A stretch of 18,911 nt of DNA from Utricularia gibba (taxonomy: Eukaryota; Plantae; Magnoliophyta), in contig NEEC01000355.1 of the NCBI GenBank assembly GCA_002189035.1, forward strand, positions 1 to 18,911, read 5' to 3'. Positions 1 through 10,577 of the stretch are shown one piece after another. The notes under the pieces were generated by a model. It was not told the DNA's origin, did not search any database, and saw only the letters and a list, made by a program, of their open reading frames with translations. The position numbers were made by a program, and so were the translations under genes. Position 1 is the stretch's first letter, and each line of letters opens with the position of its first letter.

Positions 1-3000
1 TTCGGCTTATTAGGCTGCCTACATAGTTTTCTCAAGGAAAAGCTTGTCGTTTCTGGGCGGGTGATGTCGTTGGGAACTTCGTTCGGACCCAAGGTTCTGA
101 CTGACTCCTTTGCCACATCGGGTCCTACTCGACGAAAATCGTGATGCAGTTATTGAAGTTAGGATGTCATGAGCACCAAAATGGTTTTCTCAACCGCATG
201 CTTTATATTTGAGGAGGCGCTCTCGTGGGGCAACGGTATCGAGTAGGAGGTCGAGTCGAGCTCGGGCCCATAGTCATTTGTAGCTCGGCAAAAAACTTGA
301 TGCATTTATTAACGTTGGTTTTAATAGGCGCCTCAATGGGTTTCTCAAGGAAAAGCTTGTCGTTTTGGGCGGGTGATGTCGTTGGGAACTTCGTTCGGAC
401 CAAGGTTCGTCTGACTCCTTTGCCATCGGGTCCTACTCGACGAAAATCGTGATGCAGTTATTGAAGTTAGGATGTCATGAGCACCCAAAATGGTTTTCTC
501 AACCGCATGCTTTATATTTGATAAGGCGCTCTCGTGGGGCAACGGTATCGAGTAGGAGGTCGAGTCGAGCTCGGGCCCAGTCATTTGTAGCTCGGCAAAA
601 AACTTGATGCATTTATTAACGTTGGTTTTAATAGGCCTACATTGTTTTCTCAAGGAAAAGCTTGTCGTTTCTGGCGGGTGATGTCGTTGGGAACTTCGTT
701 CGGACCCAAGGTTCGTCTGACTCCTTTGCCACATCGGGTCCTACTCGACGAAAATCGTGATGCAGTTATTGAAGTTAGGATTTCATGAGCACCCAAAATG
801 CTTTTTCAACGCATGCTTTATTTGATAAGGCACTCTCGTGGGGCAACGGTATCGAGCAGGAGGTCGAGTCGAGCTCGGGCCAGAGTCATTTGTAGCCGGC
901 AAAAAAATTGATGCATTTATTAACGTTCGGCTTTATTAGGCTGCCTACATAGTTTCTCAAGGAAAAGCTTGTCGTTTCTGGCGGGTGATGTCTTTTGGAA
1001 CTTCGTTCTGACCATAGGTTCGGTCTGACTCTTTGCCACATCGGGTCCTACTCAACGAAAATCGTGATGCAGTTGTTGAAGTTAGGATATCATGAGCACC
1101 CAAAAGGGTTTTCTCAACCGCATGCTTTATATTTGATAAGGCACTCTCGTGGGGCAACGGTATCGAGCAGGAGGTCGAGTCGAGCTCGGTCCCAGAGTCA
1201 TTTGTAGCCGGCAAAAAATTGATGCATTTATTAACGTTCGGTTTATTAGGCTGCCTACATAGTTTCTCAAGGAAAAGCTTGTCGTTTCTGGGCGGGTGAT
1301 GTCTTTTGGAACTTCGTTCTGACCAGGTTCGGTCTGACTCCTTTGCCACATCGGGTCCTACTCAACGAAAATCGTGATGCAGTTATTGAAGTTAGGATAT
1401 CATGAGCACCCAAAAGGGTTTTCTCAACCGCATGCTTTATATTTGATAAGGCACTCTCGTGGGGCAACGGTATCGAGCAGGAGGTCGAGTCGAGCTCGGT
1501 CCCAGAGTCATTTGTAGCCGGCAAAAAAATTGATGCATTTATTAACGTTCGGCTTTATTAGGCTGCCTACATAGTTTCTCAAGGAAAAGCTTGTCGTTTC
1601 TGGGCGGGTGATGTCTTTTGGAACTTCGTTCTGACGGTCTGACTCCTTTGCGAACGAAAATCGTGATGCAGTTGTTGAAGTTAGGATATCATGAGCACCA
1701 AAAGGGTTTTCTCACCGCATGCTTTATATTTGATAAGGCTCTCGTGGGGCAACGGTATCGAGCAGGAGGTCGAGTCGAGCTCGGTCCCAGAGTCATTTGT
1801 AGCCCGGCAAAAAAATTGATGCATTTATTAACGTTCGGCTTTATTAGGCTGCCTACATAGTTTCTCAAGGAAAAGCTTGTCGTTTCTGGGCGGGTGATGT
1901 CTTTTGGAACTTCGTTCTGACCATAGGTTCGGTCTGACTCCTTTGCCACATCGGGTCCTACTCAACGAAAATCGTGATGCAGTTGTTGAAGTTAGGATAT
2001 CATGAGCACCCAAAAGGGTTTTCTCAACCGCATGCTTTATATTTGATAAGGCACTCTCGTGGGGCAACGGTATCGAGCAGGAGGTCGAGTCGAGCTCGGT
2101 CCAGAGTCATTTGTAGCCGGCAAAAAAATTGATGCATTTATTAACGTTCGGCTTTATTAGGCTGCCTACATAGTTTCTCAAGGAAAAGCTTGTCGTTTCT
2201 GGGCGGGTGATGTCTTTTGGAACTTCGTTCTGACCATAGGTTCGGTCTGACTCCTTTGCCACATCGGGTCCTACTCGACGAAAATCGTGATGCAGTTATT
2301 GAAGTTAGGATATCATGAGCACCCAAAATGGTTTTCTCAACCGCATGTTTTATTTTGATAAGGTGCTCTCGTGGGGCAACGGTATCGAGTAGGAGGTCGA
2401 GTCGAGCTCGGGCCATAGTCATTTGTAGCTCGGCAAAAAATTGATGCATTTTAACGTTGTTTTTAATTGGCTGCCTAAATGGTTTTCTCAGGAAAAGCTT
2501 GTCGTTTTTGGGCGGGTGATGTCTTTTGGAACTTCGTTCTGACCATAGGTCGGTCTGACTCCTTTGCCACATCGGGTCCTACTCGACGAAAATCGTGATG
2601 CAGTTATTGAAGTTAGGATATCATGAGCACCCAAAATGGTTTTCTCAACCGCATGCTTTATATTTGATAAGGCACTCTCGTGGGGCAACGGTATCGAGCA
2701 GGAGGTCGAGTCGAGCTCGGGCCCAGAGTCATTTGTAGCCCGGCAAAAAAATTGATGCATTTATTAACGTTCGGCTTTATTAGGCTGCCTACATAGTTTT
2801 CAAGGAAAAGCTTGTCGTTTCTGGGCGGGTGATGTCTTTGAACTTCGTTCTGACCATAGGTTCGGTCTGACTCCTTTGCCACATCGGGTCCTACTCAACG
2901 AAAATCGTGATGCAGTTGTTGAAGTTAGGATATCATGAGCACCCAAAAGGGTTTTCTCAACCGCATTTATATTTGATAGGCACTCTGGGGGGCAACGGTA

Positions 3001-4948
3001 TCGAGCAGGAGGTCGAGTCGAGCTCGGTCCCAGAGTCATTTGTAGCCCGGCAAAAAAATTGATGCATTTATTAACGTTCGGCTTTATTAGGCTGCCTACA
3101 TAGTTTCTCAAGGAAAAGCTTGTCGTTTCTGGGCGGGTGATGTCTTTTGGAACTTCGTTCTGACCATAGGTTCGGTCTGACTCCTTTGCCACATCGGGTC
3201 CTACTCAACGAAAATCGTGATGCAGTTGTTGAAGTTAGGATATCATGAGCACCCAAAAGGGTTTTCTCAACCGCATGCTTTATATTTGATAAGGCACTCT
3301 CGTGGGGCAACGGTATCGAGCAGGAGGTCGAGTCGAGCTCGGTCCAGAGTCATTTGTAGCCCGGCAAAAAAATTGATGCATTTATTAACGTTCGGCTTTA
3401 TTAGGCTGCCTACATAGTTTCTCAAGGAAAAGCTTGTCGTTTCTGGGCGGGTGATGTCTTTTGGAACTTCGTTCTGACCATAGGTTCGTCTGACTCCTTT
3501 GCCACATCGGGTCCTACTCGACGAAAATCGTGATGCAGTTATTGAAGTTAGGATATCATGAGCACCCAAAATGGTTTTCTCAACCGCATGCTTTATATTT
3601 GATAAGGCACTCTCGTGGGGCAACGGTATCGAGCAGGAGGTCGAGTCGAGCTCGGTCCCAGAGTCATTTGTAGCCGGCAAAAAATTGATGCATTTATTAA
3701 CGTTCGGCTTTATTAGGCTGCCTACATAGTTTTCAAGGAAAAGCTTGTCGTTTCTGGGCGGGTGATGTCTTTTGGAACTTCGTTCTGACCATAGGTTCGG
3801 TCTGACTCCTTTGCCACATCGGGTCCTACTCGAAAATCGTGATGCAGTTATTGAAGTTAGGATATCATGAGCACCAAAATGTTTTCTCAACCGCATGCTT
3901 TATATTTGATAAGGCACTCTCGTGGGGCAACGGTATCGAGCAGGAGGTCGAGTCGAGCTCGGTCCCAGAGTCATTTGTAGCCGGCAAAAAATTGATGCAT
4001 TTATTAACGTTCGGCTTTATTAGGCTGCCTACATAGTTTCTCAAGGAAAAGCTTGTCGTTTCTGGGCGGGTGATGTCTTTTGGAACTTCGTTCTGACCAT
4101 AGGTTCGGTCTGACTCCTTTGCCACATCGGGTCCTACTCAACGAAAATCGTGATGCAGTTGTTGAAGTTAGGATATCATGAGCACCCAAAAGGTTTTCTC
4201 AACCGCATGCTTTATATTTGATAAGGCACTCTCGTGGGGCAACGGTATCGAGCAGGAGGTCGAGTCGAGCTCGGTCCCAGAGTCATTTGTAGCCCGGCAA
4301 AAAATTGATGCATTTATTAACGTTCGGCTTTATTAGGCTGCCTACATAGTTTCTCAAGGAAAAGCTTGTCGTTTCTGGGCGGGTGATGTCTTTTGGAACT
4401 TCGTTCTGACCATAGGTTCGGTCTGACTCCTTTGCCACATCGGGTCCTACTCAACGAAAATCGTGATGCAGTTGTTGAAGTTAGGATATCATGAGCACCA
4501 AAAGGTTTTCTCAACCGCATGCTTTATATTTGATAAGGCACTCTCGTGGGGCAACGGTATCGAGCAGGAGGTCGAGTCGAGCTCGGTCCCAGAGTCATTT
4601 GTAGCCCGGCAAAAAAATTGATGCATTTATTAACGTTCGGCTTTATTAGGCTGCCTACATAGTTTCTCAAGGAAAAGCTTGTCGTTTCTGGGCGGGTGAT
4701 GTCTTTTGGAACTTCGTTGACCATAGGTTCGTTCTGACTCCTTTGCCACATCGGGTCCTACTCGACGAAAATCGTGATGCAGTTATTGAAGTTAGGATAT
4801 CATGAGCACCCAAAATGGTTTTCTCAACGCATGCTTTATATTTGATAAGGCACTCTCGTGGGGCAACGGTATCGAGCAGGAGGTCGAGTCGAGCTCGGGC
4901 CCAGAGTCATTTGTAGCCCGGCAAAAAAAATTGATGCATTTATTAACG
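1..4948 (+). repeat. Partial higher-order unit 0 (16 monomers): B, G', H', A x4, C pair, A x7
   Basis: Variant monomers at 1-925, A run 926-2146, C junction 2147-2769, A run 2770-4948. The leading D monomer lies outside the window. Confidence 0.75.
1548..1833 (+). other. Internally deleted monomer (286 bp)
   Basis: CATAGGTTC is missing after 1635, and CACATCGGGTCCTACTC is replaced by a single G at 1652. Confidence 0.9.
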
Positions 4949-5255
4949 TTCGGCTTTATTAGGCTGCCTACATAGTTTCTCAAGGAAAAGCTTGTCGTTT
5001 GGCGGGTGATGTCGTTGGAACTTCGTTCGGACCCAAGGTTCTGTCTGACTCCTTTGCCACATCGGGTCCAACTTGACGAAAATCGTGATGCAGTTATTGA
5101 CGTTAGGATTTCATGAGCACCCAAAATGCTTTTTTCAATCGCATGCTTTGTAGTTTAGGAGGCGCTCTAGTGGGGCACGGTATCGGGCAAAGGTCGAGTC
5201 GGGCTCGCTCCCAGAGTCGTTTGTAGCCCGACAAAAATTGATGCATTTATTAACG
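4949..5255 (+). repeat. D-type monomer (most diverged variant, roughly 9-10% from A)
   Basis: CCAACTTGACG, GACGTTAGG, ATGCTTTTTTCAATCG, TTAGGAGGCGCTCTAG, CGGGCAAAGG and GGGCTCGC (no SacI site). Confidence 0.9.
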
Positions 5256-6811
5256 TTCGGCGCTATTAGGCTGCCTACATAGTTTCTCAAGGAAAAGCTT
5301 ATCGTTTCTGGGCGGGTGATGTCGTTGGGAACTTCGTTCGGACCAAGGTTCTGACTGACTCCTTTGCCACATCGGGTCTACTCGACGAAATTGTGATGCA
5401 GTTATTGAAGTTAGGATGTCATGAGCACCAAAATGGTTTTCTCAACCGCATGCTTTATATTTGAGGAGGCGCTCTCGTGGGGCAACGGTATCGAGTAGGA
5501 GGTCGAGTCGAGCTTGGGCCCATAGTCATTTGTAGCTCGGCAAAAAACTTGATGCATTTATTAACGTTGGTTTTAATAGGCGCCTACATTGTTTTCTCAA
5601 GGAAAAGCTTGTCGTTTCTGGCGGGTGATGTCGTTGGAACTTCGTTCGGACCAAGGTTCTGTCTGACTCCTTTGCCACATCGGGTCCTACTCGACGAAAA
5701 TCGTGATGCACTTATTAAGTTAGGATGTCAGGAGCACCCAAAATGGTTTTCTCAACCGCATGCTTTATATTTGATAAGGTGCTCTCGTGGGGCAACGGTA
5801 TCGAGCAGGAGGTCGAGTCGAGCTCGGGCCAGAGTCATTTGTAGCCCGACAAAAATATTGATGCATTTATTAACGTTCGGCGCTATTAGGCTGCCTACAT
5901 AGTTTCTCAAGGAAAAGCTTATCGTTTCTGAGCGGGTGATGTCGTTGGGAACTTCGTTCGGACCAAGGTTCTGACTGACTCCTTTGCCACATCGGGTCCT
6001 ACTCGACGAAAATCGTGATGCAGTTATTGAAGTTAGGATGTCATGAGCACCCAAAATGGTTTTCTCAACCGCATGCTTTATATTTGAGGAGGCGCTCTCG
6101 TGGGGCAACGGTATCGAGTAGGAGGTCGAGTCGAGCTCGGGCCATAGTCATTGTAGCTCGGCAAAAAATTGATGCATTAATTAACGTTGGGTTTAATAGG
6201 CGCCTACATTGTTTTCTCAAGGAAAAGCTTGTCGTTTCTGCGGGGATGTCGTTGGAACTTTCGTTCGGACCCAAGGTTCTGTCTGACTCCTTTGCCACAT
6301 CGGGTCCTACTCGACGAAAATCGTGATGCAGTTATTGAAGTTAGGATTTCATGAGCACCCAAAATGGTTTTCTCAACCGCATGCTTTATATTTGATAAGG
6401 TGCTCTCGTGGGGCAACGGTATCGAGTAGGAGGTCGAGTCGAGCTCGGGCCCATAGTCATTTGTAGCTCGGCAAAAAATTGATGCATTTATTAACGGTTG
6501 GTTTTTAATAGGCTGCCTCAATGGTTTTCTCAAGGAAAAGCTTGTCGTTTTTGGGCGGGTGATGTCGTTGTGGAACTTCGTTCTGACCAAGGTTCGGTCT
6601 GACTCCTTTGCCAAATCGGTCCTACTCGACGAAAATCGTGATGCAGTTATTGAAGTTAGGATTTCATGAGCACCCAAAATGCTTTTTCTCAACGCATGCT
6701 TTATATTTGATAAGGCACTCTCGTGGGGCAACGGTATCGAGCAGGAGGTCGAGTCGAGCTCGGGCCAGAGTCATTTGTAGCCCGGCAAAAAAATTGATGC
6801 ATTTATTAACG
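5256..6811 (+). repeat. Variant block B1-E-B2-G-H
   Basis: GGCGCTATT and GCTTATCG starts at 5256 and 5876; GAGGAGGCGC, GAGTAGG, CCATAG, TAGCTCGG; GATGTC or GATTTC instead of GATATC. Confidence 0.8.
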
Positions 6812-7340
6812 TTCGGCTTTATTAGGCTGCCTACATAGTTTCTCAAGGAAAAGCTTGTCGTTTCTGGGCGGGTGATGTCTTTTGGAACTTCGTTCTGACC
6901 ATAGGTTCGGTCTGACTCCTTTGCCACATCGGGTCCTACTCAACGAAAATCGTGATGCAGTTGTTGAAGTTAGGATATCATGAGCACCCAAAAGGGTTTT
7001 TCAACCGCATGCTTTATATTTGATAAGGCACTCTCGTGGGGCAACGGTATCGAGCAGGAGGTCGAGTCGAGCTCGGTCCCAGAGTCATTTGTAGCCCGGC
7101 AAAAAAATTGATGCATTTATTAACGTTCGGCTTTATTAGGCTGCCTACATAGTTTCTCAAGGAAAAGCTTGTCGTTTCTGGGCGGGTGATGTCTTTTGGA
7201 ACTTCGTTCTGACCATAGGTTCGGTCTGACTCCTTTGCCACATCGGGTCCTACTCGACGAAAATCGTGATGCAGTTATTGAAGTTAGGATATCATGAGCA
7301 CCCAAAATGGTTTTCTCAACCGCATGCTTTATATTTGATA

Positions 7341-7535
7341 AGGTGCTCTCGTGGGGCAACGGTATCGAGTAGGAGGTCGAGTCGAGCTCGGGCCCATAGT
7401 CATTTGTAGCTCGGCAAAAAATTGATGCATTTATTAACGTTGTTTTAATTGGCCGCCTACATGGTTTCTCAGGAAAAGCTTGTCGTTTTTTGGGCGGGTG
7501 ATGTCTTTTGGAACTTCGTTCTGACCATAGGGTCG
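7341..7535 (+). repeat. C variant tract spanning a monomer junction (also ~2361-2555, ~12657-12850, ~17654-17800)
   Basis: AGGTGCT...CCATAG...TAGCTCGG...TTGTTTTAATTGG...ATGGTT...GTTTTTGGGC embedded between otherwise A-type sequence. Confidence 0.85.
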
Positions 7536-9817
7536 GTCTGACTCCTTTGCCACATCGGGTCCTACTCGACGAAAATCGTGATGCAGTTATTGAAGTTAGG
7601 ATATCATGAGCACCCAAAATGGTTTTCTCAACCGCATGCTTTATATTTGATAAGGCACTCTCGTGGGGCAACGGTATCGAGCAGGAGGTCGAGTCGAGCT
7701 CGGGCCAGAGTCATTTAGCCCGGCAAAAAAATTGATGCATTTATTAACGTTCGGCTTTATTAGGCTGCCTACATAGTTTCTCAAGGAAAAGCTTGTCGTT
7801 TCTGGGCGGGTGATGTCTTTTGGAACTTCGTTCTGACCATAGGTTCGGTCTGACTCCTTTGCCACATCGGGTCCTACTCAACGAAATCGTGATGCAGTTA
7901 TTGAAGTTAGGATATCATGAGCACCCAAAAGGTTTTCTCAACCGCATGCTTTATATTTGATAAGGCACTCTCGTGGGGCAACGGTATCGAGCAGGAGGTC
8001 GAGTCGAGCTCGGTCCCAGAGTCATTTGTAGCCGGCAAAAAAATTGATGCATTTATTAACGTTCGGCTTTATTAGGCTGCCTACATAGTTTCTCAAGGAA
8101 AAGCTTGTCGTTTCTGGGCGGGTGATGTCTTTTGGAACTTCGTTCTGACCATAGGTTCGGTCTGACTCCTTTGCCACATCGGGTCCTACTCAACGAAAAT
8201 CGTGATGCAGTTGTTGAAGTTAGGATATCATGAGCACCCAAAAGGGTTTTCTCAACCGCATGCTTTATATTTGATAAGGCACTCTCGTGGGGCAACGGTA
8301 TCGAGCAGGAGGTCGAGTCGAGCTCGGTCCCAGAGTCATTTGTAGCCCGGCAAAAAAATTGATGCATTTATTAACGTTCGGCTTTATTAGGCTGCCTACA
8401 TAGTTTCTCAAGGAAAAGCTTGTCGTTTCTGGGCGGGTGATGTCTTTTGGAACTTCGTTCTGACCATAGGTTCGGTCTGACTCCTTTGCCACATCGGGTC
8501 CTACTCACGAAAATCGTGATGCAGTTATTGAAGTTAGGATATCATGAGCACCCAAAAGGGTTTTCTCAACCGCATGCTTTATATTTGATAAGGCCTCTCG
8601 TGGGGCAACGGTATCGAGCAGGAGGTCGAGTCGAGCTCGGTCCCAGAGTCATTTGTAGCCCGGCAAAAAAATTGATGCATTTATTAACGTTCGGCTTTAT
8701 TAGGCTGCCTACATAGTTTCTCAAGGAAAAGCTTGTCGTTTCTGGGCGGGTGATGTCTTTTGGAACTTCGTTCTGACCAAGGTTCGGTCTGACTCCTTTG
8801 CCACATCGGGTCCTACTCGACGAAAATCGTGATGCAGTTGTTGAAGTTAGGATATCATGAGCACCAAAAGGGTTTTCTCAACCGCATGCTTTATATTTGA
8901 TAAGGCACTCTCGTGGGCAACGGTATCGAGCAGGAGGTCGAGTCGAGCTCGGTCCCAGAGTCATTTGTAGCCGGCAAAAAAATTGATGCATTTATTAACG
9001 TTCGGCTTTATTAGGCTGCCTACATAGTTTCTCAAGGAAAAGCTTGTCGTTTCTGGGGGGTGATGTCTTTTGGAACTTCGTTCTGACCATAGGTTCGGTC
9101 TGACTCCTTTGCCACATCGGGTCCTACTCGACGAAATCGTGATGCAGTTGTTGAAGTTAGGATATCATGAGCACCCAAAATGGTTTTCTCAACCGCATGC
9201 TTTATATTTGATAAGGCACTCTCGTGGGGCAACGGTATCGAGCAGGAGGTCGAGTCGAGCTCGGGCCCAGAGTCATTTGTAGCCCGGCAAAAAATTGATG
9301 CATTTATTAACGTTCGGCTTTATTAGGCTGCCTACATAGTTTCTCAAGGAAAAGCTTGTCGTTTTGGGCGGGTGATGTCTTTTGGAACTTCGTTCTGACC
9401 ATAGGTTCGGTCTGACTCCTTTGCCACATCGGGTCCTACTCGACGAAAATCGTGATGCAGTTATTGAAGTTAGGATATCATGAGCACCCAAAATGGTTTT
9501 CTCAACCGCATGCTTTATATTTGATAAGGCACTCTCGTGGGGCAACGGTATCGAGCAGGAGGTCGAGTCGAGCTCGGGCCCAGAGTCATTTGTAGCCCGG
9601 CAAAAAATTGATGCATTTATTAACGTTCGGCTTTATTAGGCTGCCTACATAGTTTCTCAAGGAAAAGCTTGTCGTTTCTGGGCGGGTGATGTCTTTTGGA
9701 ACTTCGTTCTGACCATAGGTTCGGTCTGACTCCTTTGCCACATCGGGTCCTACTCGACGAAAATCGTGATGCAGTTATTGAAGTTAGGATATCATGAGCA
9801 CCCAAAATGGTTTTCTC

Positions 9818-9839
9818 AAAAAAAATTGATGCATTTATT
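9818..9839 (+). other. 22-nt insertion copied from the same satellite (AAAAAAAATTGATGCATTTATT)
   Basis: Consensus TTCTC|AACCGC reads TTCTCAAAAAAAATTGATGCATTTATTAACCGC here; the monomer is 336 bp (9626-9961). Confidence 0.9.
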
Positions 9840-10273
9840 AACCGCATGCTTTATATTTGATAAGGCACTCTCGTGGGGCAACGGTATCGAGCAGGAGGTC
9901 GAGTCGAGCTCGGCCCAGAGTCATTTGTAGCCCGGCAAAAAAATTGATGCATTTATTAACGTTCGGCTTTATTAGGCTGCCTACATAGTTTCTCAGGAAA
10001 AGCTTGTCGTTTCTGGGCGGGTGATGTCTTTTGGAACTTCGTTCTGACCATAGGTTCGTCTGACTCCTTTGCCACATCGGGTCCTACTCGACGAAAATCG
10101 TGATGCAGTTATTGAAGTTAGGATATCATGAGCACCCAAAATGGTTTTCTCAACCGCATGCTTTATATTTGATAAGGCACTCTCGTGGGGCAACGGTATC
10201 GAGCAGGAGGTCGAGTCGAGCTCGGGCCCAGAGTCATTGTAGCCCGGCAAAAAAATTGATGCATTTATTAACG

Positions 10274-10577
10274 TTCGGCTTTATTAGGCTGCCTACATAG
10301 TTTCTCAAGGAAAAGCTTGTCGTTTCTGGCGGGTGATGTCGTTGGAACTTCGTTCGGACCAAGGTTCTGTCTGACTCCTTTGCCACATCGGGTCCAACTT
10401 GACGAAAATCGTGATGCAGTTATTGAGTTAGGATTCATGAGCACCCAAAATGCTTTTTTCAATCGCATGCTTTGTATTTAGGAGGCGCTCTCGTGGGGAC
10501 GGTATCGGGCAAAAGGTCGAGTCGGGCTCGTCCCAGAGTCATTTGTAGCCCGCAAAAAATTGATGCATTTATTAACG
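10274..10577 (+). repeat. D-type monomer, partly A-like
   Basis: Carries CCAACTTGACG, CAATCG and CGGGCAAAAGG, but has CTCTCGTG and GTCATTT as in A. Confidence 0.85.

Larger units (their letters stand above)
4949..10273 (+). repeat. Higher-order unit 1 (17 monomers): D, B1, E, B2, G, H, A x1, C pair, A x8
   Basis: Bounded by D monomers (CCAACTTGACG at 5068 and 10394); monomers typed by diagnostic SNPs. Confidence 0.85.

Noticed and set aside
3826-3840. Small deletions (one CGA of CGACGA near 3831, CGGC at 11820, one GAG near 14833)
   Set aside because: Single-copy events that cannot be distinguished from slippage or sequencing error.
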